A DNA stretch of 64,000 nucleotides from an uncultured Ruminococcus sp. (GCA_947174365.1 CAMWIR010000001.1:9100-73099); one strand, 5' to 3'; positions 46,897 through 57,614 are shown, counted from the first letter of the stretch. The notes: generated from the letters alone by a model not told the origin. Program-made: numbers and translations.

Positions 46897-49230
46897 TTAG
46901 TTGAATACTATCTGCACCGCCGATTCTTTATCGGTGACAAAGCTGTAAACATTGCCCTCTTTTGTCACATCAAGGGGTTCTTCCTTTTTTTGCGCGCCTA
47001 TGCCGCTGACCTTTGTAAACCTTGCGGGAATATCCGAACGCAGCTTTGCCTTTACGCCCTCAATGCAGCTCACGACAGCTTTTTTTATCTTGCCCTCCTG
47101 CCACTCAAATTCAATGCACATGCCGCCTCTGCCGTAAAGTCTTGCCTTGCCCGACTGCCATGAGGGGGGCAGGGCGGGCAATAGCTTTATCTCACGGCTA
47201 TGGGTCTGCAAAAGGGCTTCGATTATGCCTGCCGCACCTCCGAAGTTGCCGTCTATCTGGAAAGGCGGGTGCATATCGAACATATTTATTGAAGTAGACC
47301 AGCTGAGCAGAGCCTTTATATTCTCCTCCACCTTTTCGCCCTCGTGGAGACGTGCCCACATATTGATTATCCATGCCCTTGACCAGCCCGTATGTCCGCC
47401 TCCGTGGGCAAGTCTGCGCTCCAGTGTAGCTTTAGCTGCTGCGGCAAGCTCGGGTGTTTCTTCGGGGGTTATTATATTTGACGGATAGAGGGCATATAGC
47501 TGAGAGATATGCCTGTGTCCGGGCTCTACCTCGTCATAGTCCTCCGCCCACTCCATTATCTGACCGTATTTGCCTATTTCGGGCTTTGGCAGACGTTCCC
47601 TTGCCGCCATTATTTTTTTCACGGTTTCCTCCTGCTCGGGCGTTATCTTTCTTTCGTCGATCCCGAGATTCACCCAAAAACCGTACACATCCGTAAACAG
47701 GGTGTAAAGTATCTGACTGTCCATGGAAGGACCTTTGCAGAGAGTTCCCGTGCTGCCGTTTTTGGCGTAATAGGTATTTTCGGGGGAAACAGAGGGGTTT
47801 GTTACAAGTCTGCCCTTTTCGTCCTCGGTAAGAAAGTCAAGGAAAAATTCCGCTGCCTCCAGCATGGTATCAAATTTTTCCTCAAGGAAATCATAATCAC
47901 GTGTGTAGCAGAAATGCTCCCATAAATGGGTGCACAGCCACGCCATGCCCATTGGCCACAGAGTGCCGGGCAGCCACTTGTCCTGGGGGGCGGTATCTCC
48001 CCAGATGTCGGTGTTATGGTGGCAGACTGTGCCCCGGCAGTTGTACATTTTCCTTGCGGTGACTCTGCCGTTTTCACGCATTCTCTCGATATGGTCAAAG
48101 AGGGGTGTGTGGCAAACGCCCAGACCCTGCGCCTCGGCTGCCCAGTAGTTCATTTCCGTATTGATGTTTACGGTATATTTTCCCCCCCAGGCAGGCCACA
48201 TATCCTTATTCCATATGCCCTGGAGATTCAGGGGCAGCGTGCCCTCACCCGAACCGGAGATCATAAGATATTTGGAAAAATTGAAGTAGAGGTTCACAAG
48301 CTCGTTGTCCTTTGCCCCGTTTTTGACAGCGTTAAGGCGTTCCTCGGTGTTTGCGGGGACTTCATTTATCGGGTCAATGTGGACATACGAACGGGAATAC
48401 AGAGAGTTGTAATATCTGTCATGTCGTTTCCAAAGGGTATCGTAAGCTTTTCTTGCGGCGGTTTTCGCCTCGCTTACCGCTTTTTTCACATAATCCCCCG
48501 TGCGCCATGAGGACTGGGCGGATATGAAAATATCGGCGGAACTTGCATTTTTGCAGTATATCCTGTTAGCCTCCGTGCCGCATTCTCCGTCATCTGAGCG
48601 GACGGTTATGGCGCAGGCATAGGGAATGCCGTCGGAAACGGTGAAAAGGAGGGTCTTATCGTCGTATGCCTCGTTTTTGTCGTAGTTGTCGTCTCTGCCG
48701 TCAATGGCGGCGGTAAAGCTTATGCCGCCCTTTGCGGATGTGAAATGAATGACTATTACCTCGTCGGGCTTTGAGGCGAAAATCTGACGTGTGAATGTGT
48801 TATCGCCCACGGTAAATTTTGTTTCCTGCAAAGCAAAATCAAGGAGCAGCGTTCTTTGGTAATCGGAATACTCGCCATCAAAATGCTGCCAAATATGCAG
48901 GTCGCCCAAAGGCTGATAATGGCGTTGGTTTTCGTTTGTGCCGTAAAAGGCGTGTGAGCAGAGCGCCTCCGCTTCGGTGGTTTTTTCCTCGTTTATGAGG
49001 GTGCGCATTTTCTCCAAATTATCATATGCCAGCGGATTGTTTCTGTCACGGAAATCTCCCGACCAGAGGGAATCCTCGTTGAGCTGTATCAACTCGGCGG
49101 CGGGGTCGCCGAAAACCATTCCCCCCAGTCTGCCGTTGCCGACAGGCAAAGCCTCGTTCCAGTCGGCGGCAGGGCGGGTGTAGAATAGGGTGTGGGATCT
49201 ATCTATTTTTTCCTGACTGTTTCCGAACAT
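46897..49230 (-). CDS. GH95 alpha-1,2-L-fucosidase (cytoplasmic)
   Basis: WNEALPVGNGRLG, QLNEDSLWSG, NLQGIWN, KYTVNINTEMNYW, EPGHRHISQL, TGWSRAW, PPFQIDGNFG. No signal peptide. Confidence 0.92.
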   Translation of the reverse strand: MFGNSQEKIDRSHTLFYTRPAADWNEALPVGNGRLGGMVFGDPAAELIQLNEDSLWSGDFRDRNNPLAYDNLEKMRTLINEEKTTEAEALCSHAFYGTNENQRHYQPLGDLHIWQHFDGEYSDYQRTLLLDFALQETKFTVGDNTFTRQIFASKPDEVIVIHFTSAKGGISFTAAIDGRDDNYDKNEAYDDKTLLFTVSDGIPYACAITVRSDDGECGTEANRIYCKNASSADIFISAQSSWRTGDYVKKAVSEAKTAARKAYDTLWKRHDRYYNSLYSRSYVHIDPINEVPANTEERLNAVKNGAKDNELVNLYFNFSKYLMISGSGEGTLPLNLQGIWNKDMWPAWGGKYTVNINTEMNYWAAEAQGLGVCHTPLFDHIERMRENGRVTARKMYNCRGTVCHHNTDIWGDTAPQDKWLPGTLWPMGMAWLCTHLWEHFCYTRDYDFLEEKFDTMLEAAEFFLDFLTEDEKGRLVTNPSVSPENTYYAKNGSTGTLCKGPSMDSQILYTLFTDVYGFWVNLGIDERKITPEQEETVKKIMAARERLPKPEIGKYGQIMEWAEDYDEVEPGHRHISQLYALYPSNIITPEETPELAAAAKATLERRLAHGGGHTGWSRAWIINMWARLHEGEKVEENIKALLSWSTSINMFDMHPPFQIDGNFGGAAGIIEALLQTHSREIKLLPALPPSWQSGKARLYGRGGMCIEFEWQEGKIKKAVVSCIEGVKAKLRSDIPARFTKVSGIGAQKKEEPLDVTKEGNVYSFVTDKESAVQIVFN

Positions 49231-49366
49231 AATTATTCTCTCCTAAATTTTTTTATATACCAACCTCAAAATATCAATTTTCTTATTATTTACTCTTAAT
49301 TACATTAAAGAAATTTGATTTTTCAAATTGCCGAACTTGCCGACAAGCAGAAACTCAATGATATTA

Positions 49367-49777
49367 TTATGAACATTTAACAGATAACAATATTTTTATA
49401 TCGTCAAAATGTTCCTTGCCTGTAACACGGTAATGTATCCAACCGCCGTCACCGCAAGGATACTTGTTGTCTATATATTCCTGTGCATACTTTTGCAGCT
49501 GACTGTAGACGGTTTCATACTGTTTATCCGATAACCTCATCATAACAGTGAACGCATTGTTTTCGGCAAAAATATTGCAAATAAGCTTGTTTTTCTTTTT
49601 ATGGGCAACTCCCCAACCGTAGTTATTACCGTAAGGGAAAACGACCTTTTGTTCTGTATCAAAGGCAGATGTCAGCCATTCGTTAAGTAAAGAAAATCTT
49701 TCCGAATTTTCACCGCAAAATTCTGTCATTTCTTCTATGGTAGGTTCTGCCTGTTTATTAAGCATTCTTTCGTACAT
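49367..49777 (-). CDS. DUF3788-family protein
   Basis: MLNKQAEPT, FPYGNNYGW, FTVMMRL, DGGWI; AT-rich. Confidence 0.75.
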   Translation of the reverse strand: MYERMLNKQAEPTIEEMTEFCGENSERFSLLNEWLTSAFDTEQKVVFPYGNNYGWGVAHKKKNKLICNIFAENNAFTVMMRLSDKQYETVYSQLQKYAQEYIDNKYPCGDGGWIHYRVTGKEHFDDIKILLSVKCS

Positions 49778-49894
49778 AAATACCTCCATAAATTTATCCG
49801 AAAAGTTTGGCGGATCAGAAGATTTCCTTTAAAAAACAACTGCTGATCTAATCGGACGGCAAATTCGGTTAAATCAGCACTTGCTTTTTTTATT

Positions 49895-49980
49895 TGCAAA
49901 GTGTGCAGCAGTTTCCTGCCGCACACGTTTACAAACATAAGGGTGGTTTTCCCCCGCTCTGCGGCGGCGGAAAACACAGT
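49895..49980 (-). terminator. Hairpins ending the carbohydrate ABC operon
   Basis: GTGTGC.GCAG...CTGC.GCACAC and GTTTTCC.CCGC...GCGG.GGAAAAC stems. Confidence 0.55.
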
Positions 49981-49988
49981 GTTACACA

Positions 49989-51074
49989 TTACATACCGGT
50001 GAGACCCGATCTTGCGATACCCTCGGTAAAATTCTTCTGCAAGAAGATGTACATTATCAGAATTGGGGTAATGGAGATAAGGCAGCCCGATTCCATCCAC
50101 ACGATAAGCTCACGCTGGTTTACCTTAACGTTACCGTTGTTAAAGATAACTCTTGTAAGAGAAGCGTCCAGGTTTTTCAGCTGAAGCGCAATGGTGCTGT
50201 TGTCGGTGAAGAAAGATGTACTTACATAGTAATCATTCCAGTACCATACGACCGAAAGCAGGAATACCGTAAGGAAAGTCGAACCTGCGTTGGGGATCAT
50301 TATGCTGACAAATGTTTTAAGGGGTGAGCAGCCGTCGAGGTACGCTGCATCCTCCAGTTCCTTGGGAAGCCCTCGGAAAGACTGACGGAAGAGGAATATA
50401 AACAGTCCCGCTTTGATCCCGTTAGCCGTAAGGGCGGGCATATACATGGTCAGTGGAGAGTTGATAAGGTTGATATAATTTCCCGTAATCATGTGGTAAA
50501 CGCCCAGGGGGTTAAAGTAACGGAAGAACATATACTGGGGAATGAGTATGATCTGGGGCGGCATAAGGATCATCATTATTACCACGCCGAACAGTATTCC
50601 CTTGCCCTTGAAGTTGAAACGCCCGAAGCCGTAGCCTGTGATGGCGCAGGTGATTACCTGCAGGACGGAGCAGCCGATATTGAGGAACAGTGTATTCATC
50701 AGCGTTTTGCCGAATTCCATTGTTCTTGCGGCGTCCTTGATATTGGACAAGGTATATGTCCTTGACAGCCAGATTATGGTGGGGTCGTTCATCTCCGAAC
50801 GGGGGCGGAATGCTGCTGTTATCATATACAGCAGGGGGTAGATGATTACGAAGCAAAGTCCGAAAACCAGAAGCGCACGGCATATGGGCCACACTGCATC
50901 AAAGGCTCTTTTCCTTTTCAGGTACTTCTGCTCCATGGGGGTAAGGGTGGCCAGTCTTTTCTTAAAGCGCTCCCTTTCCTCCTTGCGGGATCTTTTTTCC
51001 TCCTTGGGAGGCTTGTCGGCAGCTCGTTTTTTCATGAACGCCGAAATGGGGTTATCCTTTACTGCTTCTGCCAT
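49989..51074 (-). CDS. Carbohydrate ABC permease (MalG-like)
   Basis: GYGFGRFNFKGK, EAA loop LPKELEDAAYLDG, VWYWND. Confidence 0.93.
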   Translation of the reverse strand: MAEAVKDNPISAFMKKRAADKPPKEEKRSRKEERERFKKRLATLTPMEQKYLKRKRAFDAVWPICRALLVFGLCFVIIYPLLYMITAAFRPRSEMNDPTIIWLSRTYTLSNIKDAARTMEFGKTLMNTLFLNIGCSVLQVITCAITGYGFGRFNFKGKGILFGVVIMMILMPPQIILIPQYMFFRYFNPLGVYHMITGNYINLINSPLTMYMPALTANGIKAGLFIFLFRQSFRGLPKELEDAAYLDGCSPLKTFVSIMIPNAGSTFLTVFLLSVVWYWNDYYVSTSFFTDNSTIALQLKNLDASLTRVIFNNGNVKVNQRELIVWMESGCLISITPILIMYIFLQKNFTEGIARSGLTGM

Positions 51075-51088
51075 TATTCTGCCTCCTT

Positions 51089-51979
51089 TTAATCATCATA
51101 GTAGACGATACGGTTCATTACTGCGAAGATAATGCCGACCGCCAGCAGTACGATTGCGAAGTAACTCCATGCCATTGCCGCCGAGTAGCCGTAGCGCCAG
51201 TCATCCTGTACGGAAAGCACCTGCTCCATGACAACGTTGGTGGGGTCTGTAAAGGTGTCAATAATGGTGTAAACCAGGTTTACAAGGATCATGGGGGATA
51301 CATAGGGAAGAGTTATCTTCCAGAAGAATTCCCATGAAGTAGCACCCTCAATGGCTGCGGCTTCCTTAGCCGAGGTGGGTATGCCCTGAAGTGCGGACAG
51401 GAAAATGATTATCTGAATGCCGCATTTCCACACAAGGTTCAGAATGTCGGAAGTCATGGTGGAAAGCATATCGGTAAGCTGGTCGTTAAAGCCGTAAATT
51501 CCCACAAATTCCAGCAGCTCGTCAACCATATCCGAGGAGAACATTGTGGAAAACTGCTCGGCGTCGGCTGTTCCGCTGGTGTCAAGGTTACCTGTGATGA
51601 TTGCATATACAGGACCTGTGGCGATAATTACAGGCAGGAAGAATACCGCTCTTGCAAATGTTCTTCCTCTGAATTTCTGGTTGATGATGATCGCCACAAA
51701 CAGGGAGAACACCAGTATTACAGGCAGCTGCCATGCGGTCTGCCCCAGAACCGAGGTGAGGTTTACTCTGAAATCAGGGTCGGTGGCAAAGGCTCTTTTG
51801 TAGTTTGCAAATCCCAAGGGAGACATTATCAGCGCACCGACGTCGGGCTTTACATCATAGAATGAGTAAATGAAAGACTGGATAACAGGGATAATGAAGA
51901 ACATCAGCGCTCCCACAAACCACAGGGCTATAAAGCCGTAGCCGTAGAGACCCTTTTTCTTTTCGTAGGACATTCTCAT
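51089..51979 (-). CDS. Carbohydrate ABC permease (MalF-like)
   Basis: FARAVFFLPVII, IFLSALQGIP...EAAAIEGAT. Confidence 0.93.
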   Translation of the reverse strand: MRMSYEKKKGLYGYGFIALWFVGALMFFIIPVIQSFIYSFYDVKPDVGALIMSPLGFANYKRAFATDPDFRVNLTSVLGQTAWQLPVILVFSLFVAIIINQKFRGRTFARAVFFLPVIIATGPVYAIITGNLDTSGTADAEQFSTMFSSDMVDELLEFVGIYGFNDQLTDMLSTMTSDILNLVWKCGIQIIIFLSALQGIPTSAKEAAAIEGATSWEFFWKITLPYVSPMILVNLVYTIIDTFTDPTNVVMEQVLSVQDDWRYGYSAAMAWSYFAIVLLAVGIIFAVMNRIVYYDD

Positions 51980-54282
51980 TTGCCGAGTACCTCCTCTCCC
52001 AGATAGTCGGACAGCTTATAGGTCTTGCCGTCCGCTTCAATGGATTTTTTCTTGTAGTTTACCACTGTTTTGTAGCCGTTGCTGTAGGTAGTCTCTATTT
52101 CGTTGCCCTCGTGGGTTATCTCATAGGAAACTATGGTAGCGTCGGCAGCAGGGGTAAGCACTTCGTTTGCCAGGCTGTAAAGCTTTGCAGCGTCGTCAGC
52201 CCAGTTTGCATAGTATGCGTAGTAGTATTTATCCAGCTTGGTGTCTTTAAGCTCGGCTGCGGGAATGCCCACAAAGTCAAAGCTCAGGTTGCTGCCTGCG
52301 GCAAGGTCGGTGAGAACTGCCTCGGCAATATCCGCCTCGCTGTTTACAGCACAGCCTGCATAGGGTGTAATCCCGTGCATTACCATCTGATAGAAGGGGA
52401 TCTCATAATCAAACAGGTCGAATTTGCTGGAATAGGAGGGAACATTGGCGATATAGTCCGCATAGGGCAGAACATAAGCTGCTGCGTTATCCGCCAGCAC
52501 TGTACCGTCGGACTTTGCGTCGGCATATATATCGGTGATTATTCCCTTTGCCTTTTCTCTTGACACAGCCTTTCTGCTGTAGTCACCGTAAATGGTATTG
52601 GAAAGAGCGCCGAAAGAGTAATTGCTTATGCCGTTCTTGCGATAGCTCTTCAGGAGCTTTGTAAACGCCTTGTTATAGGAATCGGGAGTAAAGAGCGACA
52701 GCGGATCGTAATACTCGTTCGCTATACCGTGTGCCCTGTCATATTCGGAGATCTGAGCATAGGCGTTGGAAACTCTCATGGCGGTGTTGGTCATATTCCA
52801 GTAGCCGTTGCCTGTCTTATAGGTAAGATTCGTTACCGAGGGGAAAAGCTTTATGTTGTTTGACTCGGCGTAGGATTTGAGGCTCTTGAACTTGCTCTTG
52901 CCGCCGAGCTTTGAGGCGGGGTTAAAGGAATCGGTTATCTTCTCGCCTATGTCCTCATCGGTATACTTGTGGTAAGTCACGACCATATCGTCAACGCCGT
53001 TTTCACCCAGGGTCTGAAGCAGATACTGAGCTGTAGCAAAGGTGGTAACGGGTTCTTTTACCGTTACGGGCAGCCCTGCTACGGACTCGGTTTTAAGCGT
53101 GCCGCCGTACAGGTCAAGGAAAAGGGAGGAAGAATCGGTGAGATCCTTATCCACAACGCCCTTGTCGTTAATGAGATATTCCCTGTACTTTTCGGCAATG
53201 TCCACATAGTCCACTTTACCGTCGTCGGAGGATACGGGGTAATATCTTACCTCTACCTCGGGAACGAGTATGCCTCGCTTTTCAAATACCTTTAAGGGGT
53301 TCGACTCGCCGCCCATAAGGTATTCATCCTGGGTGCGAAGCTCGAAATCGAAATAAGTCGAGTTGTAATCGGTGTTCTGCTGGTTGGAAACGTAGGTATT
53401 GATAGAAGCGCAGGTGTCGCCCTTGTCGGCAACCACCATAAGTCCCGCATCCTGACCGCCGTCCCTGCCCTGCTTTACTATGCCGAACATGGGCATATTC
53501 ACATTCTGGATAACAGCCTGCTTCTGGGTCTTTACTATTGTAATGTTCCTGCCGTAGACAATGCCCGTATAGGTTTTCATGCCGGTCTTGCCGTTATTGA
53601 ACTCTATTACAGCGCCGCCGCCGTCGGGCACTACAAAGTAGCCCTCGTCCTCCAGTCCCGCAGCGCCGAAGGTAGTCATAAGCGCAAGGTCGCATACAAG
53701 CTGACCGTCATAGCTGGAGGGGTTGTTTTCATGTATCTGTTTTGTGTCGATATAGAGCTTTAAGTAGCCGTCCTGCAAGGTGAACTCCACGGGAATATCA
53801 ATGCCGGGCTGGTCGAAGGAATAGGTTATCCGAACGCCGTCTGTGATCTTCTCCATTTTATAGCTGCCCTTGCCGTGGCTGTTCTGGGTAGTTGTGGAAC
53901 GGGGGTACGGCTCACCGTAGGTAAGGGTCATTCCCGAGGCAAGCTCCTGCTTCTGGCTGAGCTTTGCATTGGAAGTCTCCAGATCCACGGGGTTCGACCA
54001 CCATATCTTGCCCGACTTCTTGTCCTCTAAGGCAAGAGTTCCCTCCTTGGAGTTCATATACAGAGTAAGGTCTCCCTTAGTGGAGAGCTTCTCCATTAAA
54101 GCCATTGCCTCTTCCTCTGTTCTCGGAGTTTCCTCTTCCTCCTCTTCTTCATCCGCAGACTCGGAGGATTCGGCAGATGTGTCCTCCTCGGGAGCGTCCT
54201 CGGAATAAACGGAAGCGGCAGAGGGTATCATCATTGCCAGACACAGCAGGAAAGCCAGACTCTTTTTAAGCTTTGAATTCAT
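51976..54282 (-). CDS. Secreted DUF5696-like protein
   Basis: Signal peptide MNSKLKKSLAFLLCLAMMIPSAA, acidic linker, GYFVVPDGGGAVI motif; stop overlaps the permease start. Confidence 0.75.
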   Translation of the reverse strand: MNSKLKKSLAFLLCLAMMIPSAASVYSEDAPEEDTSAESSESADEEEEEEETPRTEEEAMALMEKLSTKGDLTLYMNSKEGTLALEDKKSGKIWWSNPVDLETSNAKLSQKQELASGMTLTYGEPYPRSTTTQNSHGKGSYKMEKITDGVRITYSFDQPGIDIPVEFTLQDGYLKLYIDTKQIHENNPSSYDGQLVCDLALMTTFGAAGLEDEGYFVVPDGGGAVIEFNNGKTGMKTYTGIVYGRNITIVKTQKQAVIQNVNMPMFGIVKQGRDGGQDAGLMVVADKGDTCASINTYVSNQQNTDYNSTYFDFELRTQDEYLMGGESNPLKVFEKRGILVPEVEVRYYPVSSDDGKVDYVDIAEKYREYLINDKGVVDKDLTDSSSLFLDLYGGTLKTESVAGLPVTVKEPVTTFATAQYLLQTLGENGVDDMVVTYHKYTDEDIGEKITDSFNPASKLGGKSKFKSLKSYAESNNIKLFPSVTNLTYKTGNGYWNMTNTAMRVSNAYAQISEYDRAHGIANEYYDPLSLFTPDSYNKAFTKLLKSYRKNGISNYSFGALSNTIYGDYSRKAVSREKAKGIITDIYADAKSDGTVLADNAAAYVLPYADYIANVPSYSSKFDLFDYEIPFYQMVMHGITPYAGCAVNSEADIAEAVLTDLAAGSNLSFDFVGIPAAELKDTKLDKYYYAYYANWADDAAKLYSLANEVLTPAADATIVSYEITHEGNEIETTYSNGYKTVVNYKKKSIEADGKTYKLSDYLGEEVLGK

Positions 54283-54313
54283 TATATAATCACCACTTTT
54301 CAAATTTGATCTG

Positions 54314-54943
54314 CTACACTCTCAGCCGGTAGGAAATTTCCGTGTAGATCGTGAAGATGAATATCAGCACCTGCTGGAAAAGGGTCAGCAGCAGCACCAA
54401 CAGGAATATCACCGCTATCATTGCCACTAAGGTAAGGGCAATAAGTGCAAGGGTCTTTCCGAAAGAGAACTGGTGGACCGCTTTCATTGCCGAGATGAAC
54501 AGCACCACTGTCCATGCCGTGCCTATGACCTCAAATGCCTGAATGAATATGTACTCATCTCTTATAAGCACATGGGACAGCACCGTACCGATAAGATACC
54601 CCGCTATATAAGGTATCAGCGAGTAGGCGGTAACAATGAAGATATTTTTCATTGACCCCTCCCCGTCGAAGAGGGTGCACATTGCCCAGTTGCAGACAAC
54701 ATACAGCAGGAACAGTCCGAAAGACTGGAAAATGTAGGGAATGATGTTGAAAAGCTTATCGTAGTCGGTGTAATACTGGAAGCCGTACATACGGTTGTAA
54801 GCCAGCGCCTGTATAAACAGCAGGCAGACTATGCCCAAAGCTATTTTCATAGAACCGGCTTTTTTCCACCGCAGATCCTCAAAGCCCTCAAAGGGGTGCA
54901 TAACTACGTGTTTTACAAATTGCCCCTGGGTAAGATCCAGCAT
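54314..54943 (-). CDS. Yip1-family membrane protein
   Basis: HPFEGFEDLR, MCTLFDGEG, AYSLIPY; about five TM helices. Confidence 0.8.
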   Translation of the reverse strand: MLDLTQGQFVKHVVMHPFEGFEDLRWKKAGSMKIALGIVCLLFIQALAYNRMYGFQYYTDYDKLFNIIPYIFQSFGLFLLYVVCNWAMCTLFDGEGSMKNIFIVTAYSLIPYIAGYLIGTVLSHVLIRDEYIFIQAFEVIGTAWTVVLFISAMKAVHQFSFGKTLALIALTLVAMIAVIFLLVLLLTLFQQVLIFIFTIYTEISYRLRV

Positions 54944-54946
54944 AAC

Positions 54947-56566
54947 TTACACACCTCCCTTTCTTTGCCACGGGAATGTGATGATTCCCTTTTTGTTGAG
55001 CGAGCCTATCACCTTGACCGCCACAACGATAACTATTATAAGGATTATCGCAGGGGTGAACCATTTCTGGAGTATCTGGTCACGGTAGCCCTCAAAGGCT
55101 CTGTTATACCGTCTGCGGCTTTGGGAAATTTTAAAGTATTCCATAGCCTCCTTGTACTGCTCTGCGGAAAGCAGGGCATTGCCTACGCCCACATATGCTC
55201 TGCGGTAGTTGCCGTCAAACTTGATAACGGTCTGCCAGGGCTGGAAGGATTCCTCATAATAGCCCGCATTGTAAAGGTTGGTCGCCTCGGTAACAATATC
55301 GCCGAAGGCGGTACGCTCAAATACGGTTATGCCGTTTTTGCGGGAGTCGAGAACAAACAGCTTGTTGTCATAGCTCTCAATGGCGGAAACGCTGCGGAAG
55401 GTACCCAGCTGGTCGCCGTCGCCGCCCAGTACGAACATAAGGTTTGCCATTTTATCGTACTGGAACACTCTGCCGTGAGCAAAATCCAGAATGTTCATCT
55501 CTCCGTTGGGACCTATATCAATATCCGTAAGAGCGGAAGTCTTGGTATAGATAGAATAGTATGCGGGAGGGATATCTCCGAAAAAGGTATCGTCACCCAG
55601 CGCCGAGGAAAGGATATTTGCGCCTCGGGGGTTAAGCTTCTTTACAACGTCCGTCTTAACGTCCGCAGACTCGGTAACGGTGTAGATAAAGCCGTCGTCA
55701 TCAAGATCGAAGTTGGTGAAGCCTACAGGAGTGGTCTTCGTCATTCTGTCACGCTGCGCCTGGGTGGAGATAGTGTTCCAGAATGCGTTCATGATTATCT
55801 CGGAGGTAGCCTCAACTCGGTTCGCACCGTAGAAGCCTATGAACTCTCCCGCAATGTCGAACATTACCGCACCCCTTGTTACCGAGCGGACTACAATGTA
55901 AACATTGCCCGCTTTGTCCACAGCAACTTTTCTGGGGTTATAGGTAAGGTTCTGGTCGTAAAGCTCAGTCACGGGCTTTTCAAACAGTCTGTCGACTGTG
56001 CCTCGTGTATCGCACTTTATGACTCTGCCTATGGCGTTGTTCACTATCTCGCCCTCGTCATTCAGCTCTCCGCCGCCCTCGGAATCGCATATGTAGATAT
56101 ATCCCGTGTACTTATCCACAAACACGCCCTCGGGGTTTTTGAGCTTTAAGGTCTTGCCGTTGTAATAGAAAGTGTCAAGATAGTTTACAAGGTTGAAATC
56201 AAGGTCTGTCACCAGTATTCTGTTGTTTGCCTTATCAGCTATATAAAGCAGATTGTCGCCCGATATGAACATATCCGCAGGCTCTTTCATGTTAAGGAGA
56301 TTTTTCCATTCCTCCTCGTCATAATCGAAGCCGTTCATTGCCTCAACGTGCTCATACAGTCCTTTTATTTTCTGACCGTCAATAAATTCGGAAGCGGTAT
56401 ATCCTGCCTGGGAGGAAACTGCGTCTCCCCACTGGTCATAGCTGTAAGGGTCGTAGCTTTCCGCAGCGCCGGCATTAACTGCGTTCACGGCACAAGCCGA
56501 GATCATCACAGCCGCTGCGCCTGCCGTGCAGAACAGTCTTTTAAGAACGTGCCCTTTGCCTGACAT
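54947..56566 (-). CDS. Exported NHL-repeat beta-propeller / TPR-like protein with C-terminal membrane anchor
   Basis: Signal peptide, LYIADKANNRI, PEGVFVD, PRKVAVDKAGNVYI, helical AYVGVGNAL repeat, C-terminal TM. Confidence 0.82.
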   Translation of the reverse strand: MSGKGHVLKRLFCTAGAAAVMISACAVNAVNAGAAESYDPYSYDQWGDAVSSQAGYTASEFIDGQKIKGLYEHVEAMNGFDYDEEEWKNLLNMKEPADMFISGDNLLYIADKANNRILVTDLDFNLVNYLDTFYYNGKTLKLKNPEGVFVDKYTGYIYICDSEGGGELNDEGEIVNNAIGRVIKCDTRGTVDRLFEKPVTELYDQNLTYNPRKVAVDKAGNVYIVVRSVTRGAVMFDIAGEFIGFYGANRVEATSEIIMNAFWNTISTQAQRDRMTKTTPVGFTNFDLDDDGFIYTVTESADVKTDVVKKLNPRGANILSSALGDDTFFGDIPPAYYSIYTKTSALTDIDIGPNGEMNILDFAHGRVFQYDKMANLMFVLGGDGDQLGTFRSVSAIESYDNKLFVLDSRKNGITVFERTAFGDIVTEATNLYNAGYYEESFQPWQTVIKFDGNYRRAYVGVGNALLSAEQYKEAMEYFKISQSRRRYNRAFEGYRDQILQKWFTPAIILIIVIVVAVKVIGSLNKKGIITFPWQRKGGV

Positions 56567-56636
56567 ATCATCACCCTTTTCTGTAAATTCTTCACGCTGT
56601 AAATTGCACCCGGTGCAATTTACACAGTACAAATGC

Positions 56637-57614
56637 TTAGTCTTTCATACCTGCGTGAGCCATGGTTTCCATAACGTTTCTCTGCGCCAGAACGAACACC
56701 AGCAGGGGAGGTATCATAAGTACCACCGCAGAGGCTGCGATCGCGCCCTGCCTTGCCATACCTGCCGCCGCTATCTGCTGGACTACTACAGGAATGGTCT
56801 TGAGCGCCTCATCATAGACAAGGCCGCCGCCGTTGGTGTTCCATGCAGTCTGGAACTCAAAGATGATAATTGTCATAAGCGCAGGCTTACAGTTGGGCAT
56901 TACTATGCCCCAGCATATCCGCAGCAGCCCCGAGCCGTCCACCTTGGCTGCCTCTATCATAGCGTCGGGTATGGTGCTCATGCTCTGCCTCATCAGGTAA
57001 AGACCCATAGTGGAAGCAATGATAGGCAGGATCAGTGCGGAATATGTATTGATCATGCCGAGGGTAGCCATTACCATATACTGCATGATGTACAGTACAG
57101 TGGAGTTAAAGAGCAGGGCAATGACTACTACCTGGTTGAGAAGCGCATTTCCGGGGAATTTGCACTTTGAGAGTACAAACGCCGCAGTGGAGGCAAACAG
57201 CACGTGGAACACGCACGCCACAACAGTAACGAAAATACTGTTGAACACGTTTCTCGAAAAGGGAACCCAGGAATCGCTGGCGATCTTGAAAAGGTCGCGG
57301 AAGTTATCTGTGGTGGGGTCCATCGCATAAAGCTTAGGCGGCATGAGGAATACCTCCTGCACAGGCTTTATGGAGTTTACCACTGCAAGATAAATGGGGA
57401 AGATCATAAACAGACCCGTAAAGAACAGCAGCAGGAAAATGCCTACATCATTTTTCCAGGATTTGCCCACCTGTTTGTTGGAGCCTTTGGATTTGAGCAT
57501 TTTCTTATGCTCTTTTTCTCTGCGCTTTTTTAAGGCTTCCAGCGCCGCAGCGTTTTCCGCCTCCTGAAGAGCGGCAAGCTCGGAGGGCTTCAGATTCTTC
57601 TTGTTTTTCTTCAT
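56637..57614 (-). CDS. Carbohydrate ABC permease (MalG-like)
   Basis: YLMRQSMSTIPDAMIEAAKVDG, FQTAWN. Confidence 0.93.
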   Translation of the reverse strand: MKKNKKNLKPSELAALQEAENAAALEALKKRREKEHKKMLKSKGSNKQVGKSWKNDVGIFLLLFFTGLFMIFPIYLAVVNSIKPVQEVFLMPPKLYAMDPTTDNFRDLFKIASDSWVPFSRNVFNSIFVTVVACVFHVLFASTAAFVLSKCKFPGNALLNQVVVIALLFNSTVLYIMQYMVMATLGMINTYSALILPIIASTMGLYLMRQSMSTIPDAMIEAAKVDGSGLLRICWGIVMPNCKPALMTIIIFEFQTAWNTNGGGLVYDEALKTIPVVVQQIAAAGMARQGAIAASAVVLMIPPLLVFVLAQRNVMETMAHAGMKD

